A DNA stretch of 64,000 nt from an uncultured Actinomycetota bacterium (GTDB lineage Bacteria; Actinomycetota; Actinomycetes; Streptosporangiales; Streptosporangiaceae): NCBI GenBank assembly GCA_963816485.1, contig CAWFKU010000004.1:642454-706453 (forward strand), written 5' to 3'. Positions 56,889 through 64,000 of the stretch are shown here, piece by piece. The notes under the pieces are model-generated. The model was not told the origin of the DNA, made no database searches, and saw only the letters and a program-made list of their open reading frames with translations. The position numbers and the translations under genes are program-made. Position 1 is the stretch's first letter. Each line of letters begins with the position of its first letter.

Positions 56889-57314
56889 TCTCGATGGGAG
56901 ACTTCATCAGGGTCTTCTGTGTCCGGGCATCAGATGGGAGCTACGTCGTTCTGTGACGAACAATCAATACTGATGATATTCGCTATGCTGGCTCATGTGA
57001 GTCGGCCCTGGCGGTCGGGGCGAGGGGAGAATGATGATGGGCGCGGCAGGAGCGGCCGAAGTACCCTCGGTACGGCCGCCGCGCCGCGGGATGCGGCCCA
57101 CGCTGGACAGCGGCCAGCTCGGGATCGTCATTGTCGGCCCGCCCAGCGCTCCGCCCCCGCACGGCAGGTATGCATTTCGGGATCCGCCAGGCAGCGCTGC
57201 GGGACCGTTCCCCGGCGGCAGCTGAGCGCGGCGCGGCTTGGTCCGCCCATCCCGCCGCGGCGCTAGGCCGTCCGGCCTGGTCCGGGATCCGTCCCGGACC
57301 GGCTAGCCAAGCCT

Positions 57315-57848
57315 TCAGGACCGTTGCGCGTGCCGCACCTCGAAACCGACGACGATGTCGGAGATGCCGCGGAACAGGGCGAAGAACCGGACCCAGAAGA
57401 TGAGCAGGGCTGCTCTGGTCGGAAAGGCCTGCTGCGATGCCCAGAATCCGATGATGATCTCAGCGATTCCGGCAAGCAGGCCGAGCCACCAGGCTGGGTT
57501 GATCGTCCTGGCGTTGATGGACATCACCAGGTCCAGGCTGCCGCGCAGGATGAGCAGCAGCCCGACGATGGTGGCGAGCGCCCAGAACGCGTTGTACGGG
57601 TGGACGAAGGCCCAGATGGCTGCGCCGATGAACAGGACGCTCATCAGGATGTGCAGCCAGCCCCAGCTGGCCCGGGCCGATGCCAGCACAATCTCGCTTA
57701 CAGACGCGATCAGGAACACCGCGCCGATCAGCACCCCGATGGTGGTGATCGAGGTGGTGCTGAACCGCAGCACCGCAGCCGAAATGATCAGCCAAGCGAC
57801 GCCGGTCGCCAGCAGGATCCACCACGGCCCGCCGAGCTCCCTGAGCAT
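57315..57848 (-). CDS. HdeD/DUF308 family membrane protein
   Basis: MLRELGGPWWILLATGVAWLIISAAVLRF... has six helices with the repeated W..(L/I)..G(I/V)..(I/L)..G pattern. An alternative start is at 57932. Confidence 0.65.
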   Translation of the reverse strand: MLRELGGPWWILLATGVAWLIISAAVLRFSTTSITTIGVLIGAVFLIASVSEIVLASARASWGWLHILMSVLFIGAAIWAFVHPYNAFWALATIVGLLLILRGSLDLVMSINARTINPAWWLGLLAGIAEIIIGFWASQQAFPTRAALLIFWVRFFALFRGISDIVVGFEVRHAQRS

Positions 57849-57964
57849 GGCACGACGGCGTTCCTGCGGCTGAGCTGGAGTAGTCGTTTGCGTGCGGTAG
57901 TCATTGCACGCTCTCTTCAGCGGACCCGGCATTTCAGCCGGGTCGGTCGGATGCGGCGGGGCCG

Positions 57965-58651
57965 TCAGCCGGTGATCACCAGGTCATCGCGGACGGCGGT
58001 GACGCCGAGCCCGGCCCAGGCGGCCTGGATCACCGCGTCGTGCTCGGCCCAGTCCACGACGTGCCCGGTGAGCGTGATGGTGCCGTCGCTGGCGTTGACC
58101 ATGACGTCGCTGTCGTCAGGGAGCAGCGAGTACCGGTCGAGCGCGTCCTGGACCAGGAACGAAACGTCTTCGGCTTCGACGTCGCTGAAGATCTCGATGT
58201 CGTTGGTGATGCCGCGTACGCCGGTGAGCCCGGCGACCGCCTGGCCGGCGGCGTCGCGCTCGAACCCGTTCCGCACCGTGCCGGTGATCCAGATGTTGCC
58301 TTCGTAGGAACTGGCCTCGACGGTGGCCGGCACACTGACGGTCTGGGCCAGGATGTTGTTCGCCGCCGTGGTCAGCTGCGGGTCGTCGCGGTAGCTGGCG
58401 GGCGGAAGGGCCACCGCCAGGTGGTTATGCACTCGGGTGACGCCCTTGACGCGCTTGGCGGCGTCGGCTGCGTGCAGGTACTGCACGTAGCTCGGCACGG
58501 TGCCGTTCAGCGCCACGTCCCCGTTCATGTTCTTCACCCTGATACCGGCCGCATCGACCAGCGGGTCGAAGTCCAGCTCCTTCACCACGGCCGCGCGGAT
58601 GTCCTTGGCGGCCTGGACCTTTTCCCGGATCGGGTCCTTCTTCGGTGCCAT
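57965..58651 (-). CDS. BON-domain protein (three BON repeats)
   Basis: ATG 58651 after GGGAGGGGGA. MAPKKDPIREKVQAAKDIRAAVVKELDFDPLVDAAGIRVKNMNGDVALNGTVPSY...GVTRVHNHL...IWITGTVRNGFERDAAGQAVAGLTGVRGITNDIEI...ITLTGHVVDWAEHDAVIQAAWAGLGVTAVRDDLVITG. Confidence 0.8.
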   Translation of the reverse strand: MAPKKDPIREKVQAAKDIRAAVVKELDFDPLVDAAGIRVKNMNGDVALNGTVPSYVQYLHAADAAKRVKGVTRVHNHLAVALPPASYRDDPQLTTAANNILAQTVSVPATVEASSYEGNIWITGTVRNGFERDAAGQAVAGLTGVRGITNDIEIFSDVEAEDVSFLVQDALDRYSLLPDDSDVMVNASDGTITLTGHVVDWAEHDAVIQAAWAGLGVTAVRDDLVITG

Positions 58652-58859
58652 CGCGGGTCCCCCTCCCAGCCAGCACGAATAGCCATCATTGCGGCTGTAC
58701 CCCCGTCGGCCGCTCCCTAGACGGACAGCCGGCCTCCTTCTGGCAGGGCCGCCGGGGCCGCCCCGAGCAGTCGCCAGAACACGGCGGCGGCGTACGTCGC
58801 CGGGCAGCAAGGACGAGCAAGATCATTCGAGGCTGTTGGTGGCACCATTCCGCCGTCCG

Positions 58860-59123
58860 AAGATGATCCCGACCCGTCGTGTGATGCGCGTTGTATCGGA
58901 GAACCCATGGATGCGGTCGAGCACGGCCAGTCGTTCACGGTGACCAGGGACGGGTACCCGATCGCGGAGTTGATCCGTTGCGGCGGCGGCGAAGGCTGGT
59001 TCCGCGGCGGGAGTTCGTCGTTATGTCGCGTCGCGTAATGCTCCTGGCATGGACCCGGAGGCGTTCCGGGCAGACCAGCAGGCCGCGCTCGACGACGAGG
59101 CCAGCAGCCGGTATGACCGTTGA
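58860..59123 (+). pseudogene. Phd/YefM-type antitoxin (vapB-like) remnant, multiple frameshifts
   Basis: The pieces MDAVEHGQSFTVTRDGYPIAELI and PGMDPEAFRADQQAALDDEASSRYDR lie in different frames. The end overlaps the PIN gene ATG by 11 nt. Confidence 0.45.
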
Positions 59124-59489
59124 GAGGCTGCGGCAGAGTCTGCTCGATACCAACATCGTGATCTTGCGCAAGTGGTTCGATCCGGGTGAGTTGCCCGCGG
59201 AGATGGCGAGCAGGACGCCTACGACGAGCATGCCGAGCGGGCGCGGCGCTTGGAGATCTTGCAGCGGGCCGAGAGCGAGTTCGAGCCGGTGCCGTTCGAC
59301 GCCGAGGCGGCTCGCCTGTTCGGCCGGGCGACCGCTGCGATCGGGCGCAAGCCGCGCCGGCGGGTCGCGGGCTTGATGATCGCTGCAACCGCGATGGCCG
59401 AGGGCCTGCCAGGACTTCTGGTGACCACCAGCCAGGACAACGCCCGGCCGTCCACCCGGACTTATCCGACTGGCAGCCGGTCGTCGTAG
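59113..59489 (+). pseudogene. PIN-domain toxin (vapC-like), frameshifted near 59210-59250
   Basis: MTVERLRQSLLDTNIVILRKWFDPGELPAEMA (frame 1), then EILQRAESEFEPVPFDAEAARLFGRATAAIGRKPRRRVAGLMIAATAMAEGLPGLLVTTSQD (ORF 59250..59489). Confidence 0.55.
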
Positions 59490-59628
59490 TTGAGCACCAC
59501 CGTCCCAGGAAACCCGGCCAGGGCGCGCTGATCGGCTCCGCCTGGGCTGAATGCCGGGCTTGCCATGATCGACGACCGTCAGGGCGTGATCGGTTGGTTG
59601 GCGCGGGCCTGTCAGGAGGCCGACAACA

Positions 59629-59796
59629 GCGGAAGCGGAGCCGCTTGGGATCCCATCTGCGGGCCTGCCCGTGCGGGGCCAGCATGGCCGTCCAGGCGAG
59701 CAGGTCGCAGGCCAGGACGACGATCTCGGTCCAGATCTGGTTCTGAGCGAAGCCTTCGTGGAAGCGGCGAGAGCCCTCTCGTGCTCGCTGACGCAC
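59629..59796 (-). pseudogene. C-terminal fragment of an IS1380-like transposase
   Basis: FHEGFAQNQIWTEIVVLACDLLAWTAMLAPHGQARRWDPKRLRFR matches the conserved ..NaaW..l..lA.NLlaW...L.......ePKrLRyR tail of IS1380-family transposases. No catalytic domain is present. Confidence 0.5.
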
Positions 59797-59876
59797 CGGC
59801 TACTGGGTGCGCATGAGGCGGCAACGACTCAGCCTGGCGGAAGGTCAGCGTAACTTATCGTCCGTCTCGGGTGCGG

Positions 59877-59906
59877 TTTACATTAAGGTCGCCAAACCCC
59901 TATAAT
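59877..59906 (+). promoter_or_regulatory. Near-consensus sigma70 promoter upstream of the AI-2E transporter gene
   Basis: TTTACA (59877-59882), 18 nt, TATAAT (59901-59906) in a low-GC patch, about 60 nt upstream of ATG 59969. Confidence 0.4.
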
Positions 59907-59968
59907 GCGCAATTCGCTTCGAACGGGACGTGGGTGGCACGCAATAAGGCGCCTGCGCGCTGCTCAAC

Positions 59969-61528
59969 ATGCTTTGCGATCATGGAAACATGGACAAGGA
60001 TAGGCGGCCAGCCTCCCGCTCGGAGAGGTTCTGGGCTGGCGCCAATGTCAAGGGTATTCCCCTGCAGGCAATCGTAGCTACGGTGGCAGTCGTCGCCGCA
60101 ACATACCTGGCCGGAAAGCTGCTCTACCGGCTGCGCGATGTTGTCTTGCTGCTACTACTTGCAGGCTTTTTTGCGGTGCTCTTGAACCCTCTTGTCACTG
60201 GTCTGCAACACCGGGGAGTCCGGCGCCGTGGTGCCGCGGTCTTTGTCGTGACAGTGCTGGCGGTGCTGGTGTTTGGTGGCCTCGCAACTGCGTTCGGTTA
60301 TCCACTCTCCCGCGGGATCGCTCACCTAGCGCACGCCATGCCCGGGTATGTCGCTCAGGCTAAGAGCGGCCGGGGCTGGATTGGTCATCTCGTACGCCAG
60401 TACCACCTGGCAGGCTGGGTCAGCCGCAATGAGTCAAAATTTGTTAAATTCGGCCAGGACCTGGCGAGGCCGGCGCTGACTGTAGGCAAGGGCGCCGTAT
60501 CGCTGCTGGCGGCGCTGGCGACACTCGTCGTGCTTGTCGTGCTCTTGCTCCTGGACGGGCCCGCGCTGGTGCAAGGGATACTGAACGCGATGTCGCCCGC
60601 GCACGCCGAAAGGTTCTCCCGAATTGCCGGCGAGGCCAGCCGCGCGGCCACCGGCTACATGGCCGGTAACGGCCTGACGTCGCTGATCGCTGGCATCGTT
60701 GTGTTCGTCACGCTGTTCATCCTGGGCGTGCCTTTCCCGTTTTTGTGGGGACTTTGGGTGGCACTCATCGATTTCGTACCGCAGGTCGGCGGCGCGCTCG
60801 CAGGAATACCGACAGTGCTGTTCGCGGCAGCCCACTCGCTGACGGCCGGAATCGTCACTGCAGTGGTTTTTGCGGTCTATACCCAGATCGAGAACCATGT
60901 GCTCAATCCCGTTGTCATGAGCAAGACGGTCCGAGTCAGCCCGCTGTTTGTCCTCGTCTCGGTGCTGGTCGGGGCGTCCATCGGGGACTGGCTGGGCGGA
61001 GTCGTCGGCGCTGTCGTGGCGGCTCTGCTCGCGGTCCCGACCGCCGCGGCGCTTCAGACGGTCCTACGGGAGCTATGGCGGGAAACCGCACCCGAGAGAT
61101 CATCGCCTTCCGGCAACGGCAAGTTACCCGTATGCACCTGCCGGGCCGCGGATCTGGTCCTTCCATCCGCGACTGGGCCGACTCATCTCCAGCGCCAGCC
61201 CGATCTCGAAGGGACGGTAGGCAACCGGTTCCAGCGCGACGCAGCTGAGCAGGCCATAGCCGTGCTACCGGGGGTGCGAGGCATCGTCGACGACATCGAG
61301 ATCTTCAGCGACATCGAGGCGGCCGACGTCACCGACCTGGTGCAAGGCGCTCTCGATCGCTACGGGGTGCTTCCGTTTGACAACGACGTCGCGGTGCAGG
61401 CCGGCGACGGCACCATCACTCTTACCGGCAGCGTGGGCAGCTGGGGCGAGCATGACGCGGTGATCGACGCGGCCTGGCGGGGCATCGGCGTCAGAAATGT
61501 CCGCGATGACCTGGTAGTTACCGGTTGA
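59969..61528 (+). CDS. AI-2E family transporter (PerM-like) whose ORF runs in-frame into a BON-domain gene remnant (chimeric C-terminus)
   Basis: The transporter part reads FAVLLNPLV..., LIDFVPQVGGALAGIP, YTQIENHVLNPVVMSK. From about 61200 the ORF reads GTVGNRFQRDAAEQAIAVLPGVRGIVDDIEIFSDIEAADVTDLVQGALDRYGVLPFDNDVAVQAGDGTITLTGSVGSWGEHDAVIDAAWRGIGVRNVRDDLVVTG. This is close to the C-terminal 1.3 BON repeats of the 53936-54616 gene, but on the opposite strand. Confidence 0.7.
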   Translation: MLCDHGNMDKDRRPASRSERFWAGANVKGIPLQAIVATVAVVAATYLAGKLLYRLRDVVLLLLLAGFFAVLLNPLVTGLQHRGVRRRGAAVFVVTVLAVLVFGGLATAFGYPLSRGIAHLAHAMPGYVAQAKSGRGWIGHLVRQYHLAGWVSRNESKFVKFGQDLARPALTVGKGAVSLLAALATLVVLVVLLLLDGPALVQGILNAMSPAHAERFSRIAGEASRAATGYMAGNGLTSLIAGIVVFVTLFILGVPFPFLWGLWVALIDFVPQVGGALAGIPTVLFAAAHSLTAGIVTAVVFAVYTQIENHVLNPVVMSKTVRVSPLFVLVSVLVGASIGDWLGGVVGAVVAALLAVPTAAALQTVLRELWRETAPERSSPSGNGKLPVCTCRAADLVLPSATGPTHLQRQPDLEGTVGNRFQRDAAEQAIAVLPGVRGIVDDIEIFSDIEAADVTDLVQGALDRYGVLPFDNDVAVQAGDGTITLTGSVGSWGEHDAVIDAAWRGIGVRNVRDDLVVTG

Positions 61529-61529
61529 C

Positions 61530-61756
61530 CCAACCGATCGCCCGCGCCCTCCTGGGTGTGACTGGTCTGCCGCCTGCCCGGCGTCGCTGGCCGGGTCCGC
61601 TTGGAGGCTTTGCGCTGCCCTGAGCTGTTCGACGCGGGCCGTGATCTGCTGGCTGGTTTCCCGGCTCGCTTGTTCCACGGACTCTTTGAGCTCATTGACC
61701 TGGCGCTGCAATGCGTCGATGTGCTGGCGAACTGCCTGCGGCTCGCGAACGCTCAT
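61530..61756 (-). CDS. Possible small coiled-coil protein (only the N-terminal part of ORF 61265..61756 looks genuine)
   Basis: MSVREPQAVRQHIDALQRQVNELKESVEQASRETSQQITARVEQLRAAQSLQ. The remainder of the ORF is antisense to the BON remnant and Arg/Gly-rich. Confidence 0.3.
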
Positions 61757-61957
61757 GTTCCCCCCTGACTCGCGCCAGCCTGCCTGCTTCTCTACGGCTT
61801 GCAGTCAGGCGCTTGCACTGTCACCGTAACAAGGCCCACTCCGGACCAGCCAGAGCGGCAGGTCACGCCGATCATCTGACCGATGGATGACCTGGTGCTG
61901 CGGTGCCGGGTCACTGGCACAGCCACAGGTTTCGGCGGCGATCAGGGCACCTTTCCA

Positions 61958-63142
61958 TCAGCGATCTGACTGGCCTGGGCTGACTTCTCCCGAGCCGTCA
62001 GACCCGGATCCCGCCCGTCTGTGAGCAGCTCTCGCGTACTGGCGGCGGTAGAGCAGGTAAGCGGGCAAGCCCGAGACAAGTGGTAGCCAGTAGGACGCGA
62101 GCCGGTATGCGAGGGTGGCCAGGACGGCGTTGGCGGGGTGCACGCCGGCCAGGATGAGCAGGCTGCTCAGGCCCGCCTCGACGATGCCGAGCCCGCCCGG
62201 GGTGATCGGCACGAGGGCGAGAATGCCTGCGGCGGCGTACGCCAGCAGTACCAGTGCGGGCTGGGGCGAGCTGGTGGTCGCGTGCAGCGCCGCCAGCAGG
62301 CAGCCGTAGTCGAAGGCCAGCCGCCCGGTGGTCAGTAGCAGCGCCTTCCGCCAGTGCTCGCCGAGTACCGTGCGGACGGCGTCGCGGTCGGCCAGAAGCC
62401 GCTGATCCAGGCCGGTGACCGGATGCCGGCCGAGGGTCAGCCAGTTCCACACCTTCTGCCCGACCCGTCCGGCTGTGGCCAGCGGCCGATCCGTCGTGAG
62501 CACAAGTGCGCCAAGGCCGGCGAAGAGAACGAAACCTGCCAGTCCGATGAGCGCTGCATGGGCCAGACCCGGGCTCACCCGAATTCCGGCGATCATCGCC
62601 GGCGCGGCGAACAGCGGCAGCCCCAGCAGCGCGGCGACTCCGATAAACGAGATTGCTGCCAGCCCGCTGAGGGCGGTGTCGGTGTCGAATCCGGCGGTGG
62701 AGAGCATCCGGAACTGAACGCCGGCACCTATCGCGCTGCCGCCCGGCAGGCTGTTAGTGACCGAGTTGCCCGCCAGGCCGGCCGTGACGACGGCGAACCA
62801 GCCTTTCGCTCGCAGTGCCAGCCGCTGCAGCCCGAAGTTACAGGTGAAGGACGCAACCTCCGCGGCCAGCGCGACGGTGAACCAGATGGGATCCAGGGTG
62901 GTCAGACGCGGCCAGGCACTCAGCACCTTCGTTATCGCCGGGAAGAGCACGTAGATCGCGGCGCCGGCGACAGCTAGCGGGATGGCGCGTTTCAGCAGCG
63001 CCCGCCAGGTCGGCGGGTGCTTCCGCGCCGCGTCGATCGCGGCGGTCTTCTTCTGGATCGCTGACTCCCGGCCGCCGGCTGACCTTGCGGCAGCTGACGG
63101 GGCGTCATGCCCGGCTGAAAGTTTGTGATCCAAGATAGCCAC
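61958..63142 (-). CDS. UPF0104 / lysylphosphatidylglycerol-synthase-TM-region family membrane protein (flippase-like)
   Basis: Polytopic. LAGNSVTNSLPGGSAIGAGVQFRML and ALVPITPGGLGIVEAGL are the family signature. Confidence 0.7.
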   Translation of the reverse strand: MAILDHKLSAGHDAPSAAARSAGGRESAIQKKTAAIDAARKHPPTWRALLKRAIPLAVAGAAIYVLFPAITKVLSAWPRLTTLDPIWFTVALAAEVASFTCNFGLQRLALRAKGWFAVVTAGLAGNSVTNSLPGGSAIGAGVQFRMLSTAGFDTDTALSGLAAISFIGVAALLGLPLFAAPAMIAGIRVSPGLAHAALIGLAGFVLFAGLGALVLTTDRPLATAGRVGQKVWNWLTLGRHPVTGLDQRLLADRDAVRTVLGEHWRKALLLTTGRLAFDYGCLLAALHATTSSPQPALVLLAYAAAGILALVPITPGGLGIVEAGLSSLLILAGVHPANAVLATLAYRLASYWLPLVSGLPAYLLYRRQYARAAHRRAGSGSDGSGEVSPGQSDR

Positions 63143-63796
63143 CCGGTCCGGCGGGCTCGCAAGTCAGGACAAATCGGGTTCGGGCGAGACCTCGCCGCGA
63201 GCTTCGGCTGGCAAGGCCAGCTCGGTCGACCTGGCCCACTTATCCCGCGCCGCAATCTGCGGCGATACAGCGTCGGAATCGCGAGCAGGTCTGCGACCGC
63301 ACCGAACGTGCCGCCTGCCCGTTGCCGTTGCCCCCTGTTCCCCCGGTTTCGTTCCCCCCGGTGGCCCTGGTTGGGCTCTTGCAACGCTAAACAAGTACCC
63401 CGGGTGCCGGACCGGCGAAACGGTCCTGGGAGTGTCAGCACATGCTGTGGCTAGGTCCGGCGACTCCCAGACCGGCCACTCGAGGGCATGACAGGGGGCA
63501 CGCAGGGACGAAACACGATGTCCGGGGATGTAACCATCTCGCTGCCCGACCCGTGCATAGCGAGCGGGAGTAGCGATCAGTGACCGGGCACGTGTGGAGG
63601 CACACGTCCACCGCCTCGGTCACCGGGTGGCAGGACTGGAAGTCGACCGGGTTGAGATACGACGATGAGTCCGTCGGCTAGGGATTGGAGTTCGACGTGA
63701 TGATCCTCGTCGGAGCGGATGAGGACAGCGTGCGTCACTATCTGTCAGCCAGCGATCCCGCCAAGCGCGCCCGGGCGAAAACTCGTCGGCTGTGGC

Positions 63797-64000
63797 TTAG
63801 GTCAGCTTGATCACCTTCGGGGAGGGGGTTTCCCGGCTGGGCACAGAAGTCGCGGCGGCAGAGAGGGTCCACGGCAGGCGCGGCAGTCGGGGCGCGGTCG
63901 CCACGTCGGCGATGACCCGGTCTGGCCGCACGAGGACGGCCAGCCCAGGGTCGCGGATCAGGGCCTGCAGCGCCGCTGCCTCGTGGCCGCGTGGCGGGCT
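63797..64000 (-). CDS. C-terminal end of an oxidoreductase-like gene entering from the right edge (FAD-monooxygenase-type tail suspected)
   Basis: The minus frame reads ..PPRGHEAAALQALIRDPGLAVLVRPDRVIADVATAPRLPRLPWTLSAAATSVPSRETPSPKVIKLT* with TAA at 63799-63797. The LVRPD motif resembles the tail of aromatic-ring hydroxylases. Partial, so a weak call. Confidence 0.3.
   Translation of the reverse strand, partial: SPPRGHEAAALQALIRDPGLAVLVRPDRVIADVATAPRLPRLPWTLSAAATSVPSRETPSPKVIKLT

Larger units (their letters stand above)
51657..64000. mobile_element. Probable second (older) integrated element or accretion zone (element B). The right boundary was not identified within the window
   Basis: The P-prime-like arm architecture is repeated after attR. 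It contains an Xis-like HTH, vapBC pseudogenes, an IS1380-like fragment and PAP2/PhaC/BON gene fragments interleaved with an intact stress-type cluster. Confidence 0.4.

Noticed and set aside
56868-57266. 132-aa plus-strand ORF starting in the AT-rich patch
   Set aside because: Composition shifts from AT-rich to Arg/Gly/Pro-rich. There is no RBS, no motifs and low GC3 at the start. It is more plausibly regulatory DNA for the minus-strand operon.

Overview
High-GC (about 70%) actinobacterial chromosomal segment. From 1 to about 29.0 kb it is ordinary chromosome. It holds small redox and detoxification genes, an ArsR-MFS-CoxMSL-like molybdenum hydroxylase operon, a patatin-like lipase, a frameshifted penicillin-acylase homolog, and tRNA-Leu(GAG). 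It then carries the conserved actinomycete block M20 peptidase, DUF5703-like, topA, MFS::tmk, holB, PSP1 and tRNA-Thr(CGT). The tRNA-Thr gene is the main point of interest. It contains a perfect 24-bp internal tandem duplication. Its last 43 nt recur as a direct repeat 22.5 kb downstream (51614-51656). Together these bracket a decayed integrated island (element A, 29074-51613) in which I recognise no intact integrase. Element A carries several frameshifted or fragmentary genes (Kelch, SBBP beta-propeller, epimerase, a hicBA remnant), secreted repeat proteins and an intact hicAB pair. It also carries a tightly coupled five-gene operon on the minus strand (47090-39350). That operon encodes a cytoplasmic Mo-bisPGD oxidoreductase, a 4Fe-4S subunit, a NuoF-like/GltD-like/ferredoxin fusion (frameshifted), a glucose-1-dehydrogenase-like MDR enzyme and an SMP-30 lactonase. 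Tandem 12-mers (CGTGGAMCGRKT) sit exactly 58 nt downstream of both att copies. This suggests a second related element (B) begins at 51657. Element B carries a stress-type cluster (three BON-domain paralogs, Hsp20, DoxX, DUF308/HdeD, AI-2E transporter, UPF0104). It also carries many remnants: PAP2, PhaC, vapBC, an IS1380-like fragment, an Xis-like HTH and an AI-2E::BON chimeric ORF. No rRNA or CRISPR array was seen. All functional calls come from reading the translations by eye, with no database search. Many long ORFs in the track are antisense or out-of-frame shadow ORFs typical of high-GC DNA and were not annotated.
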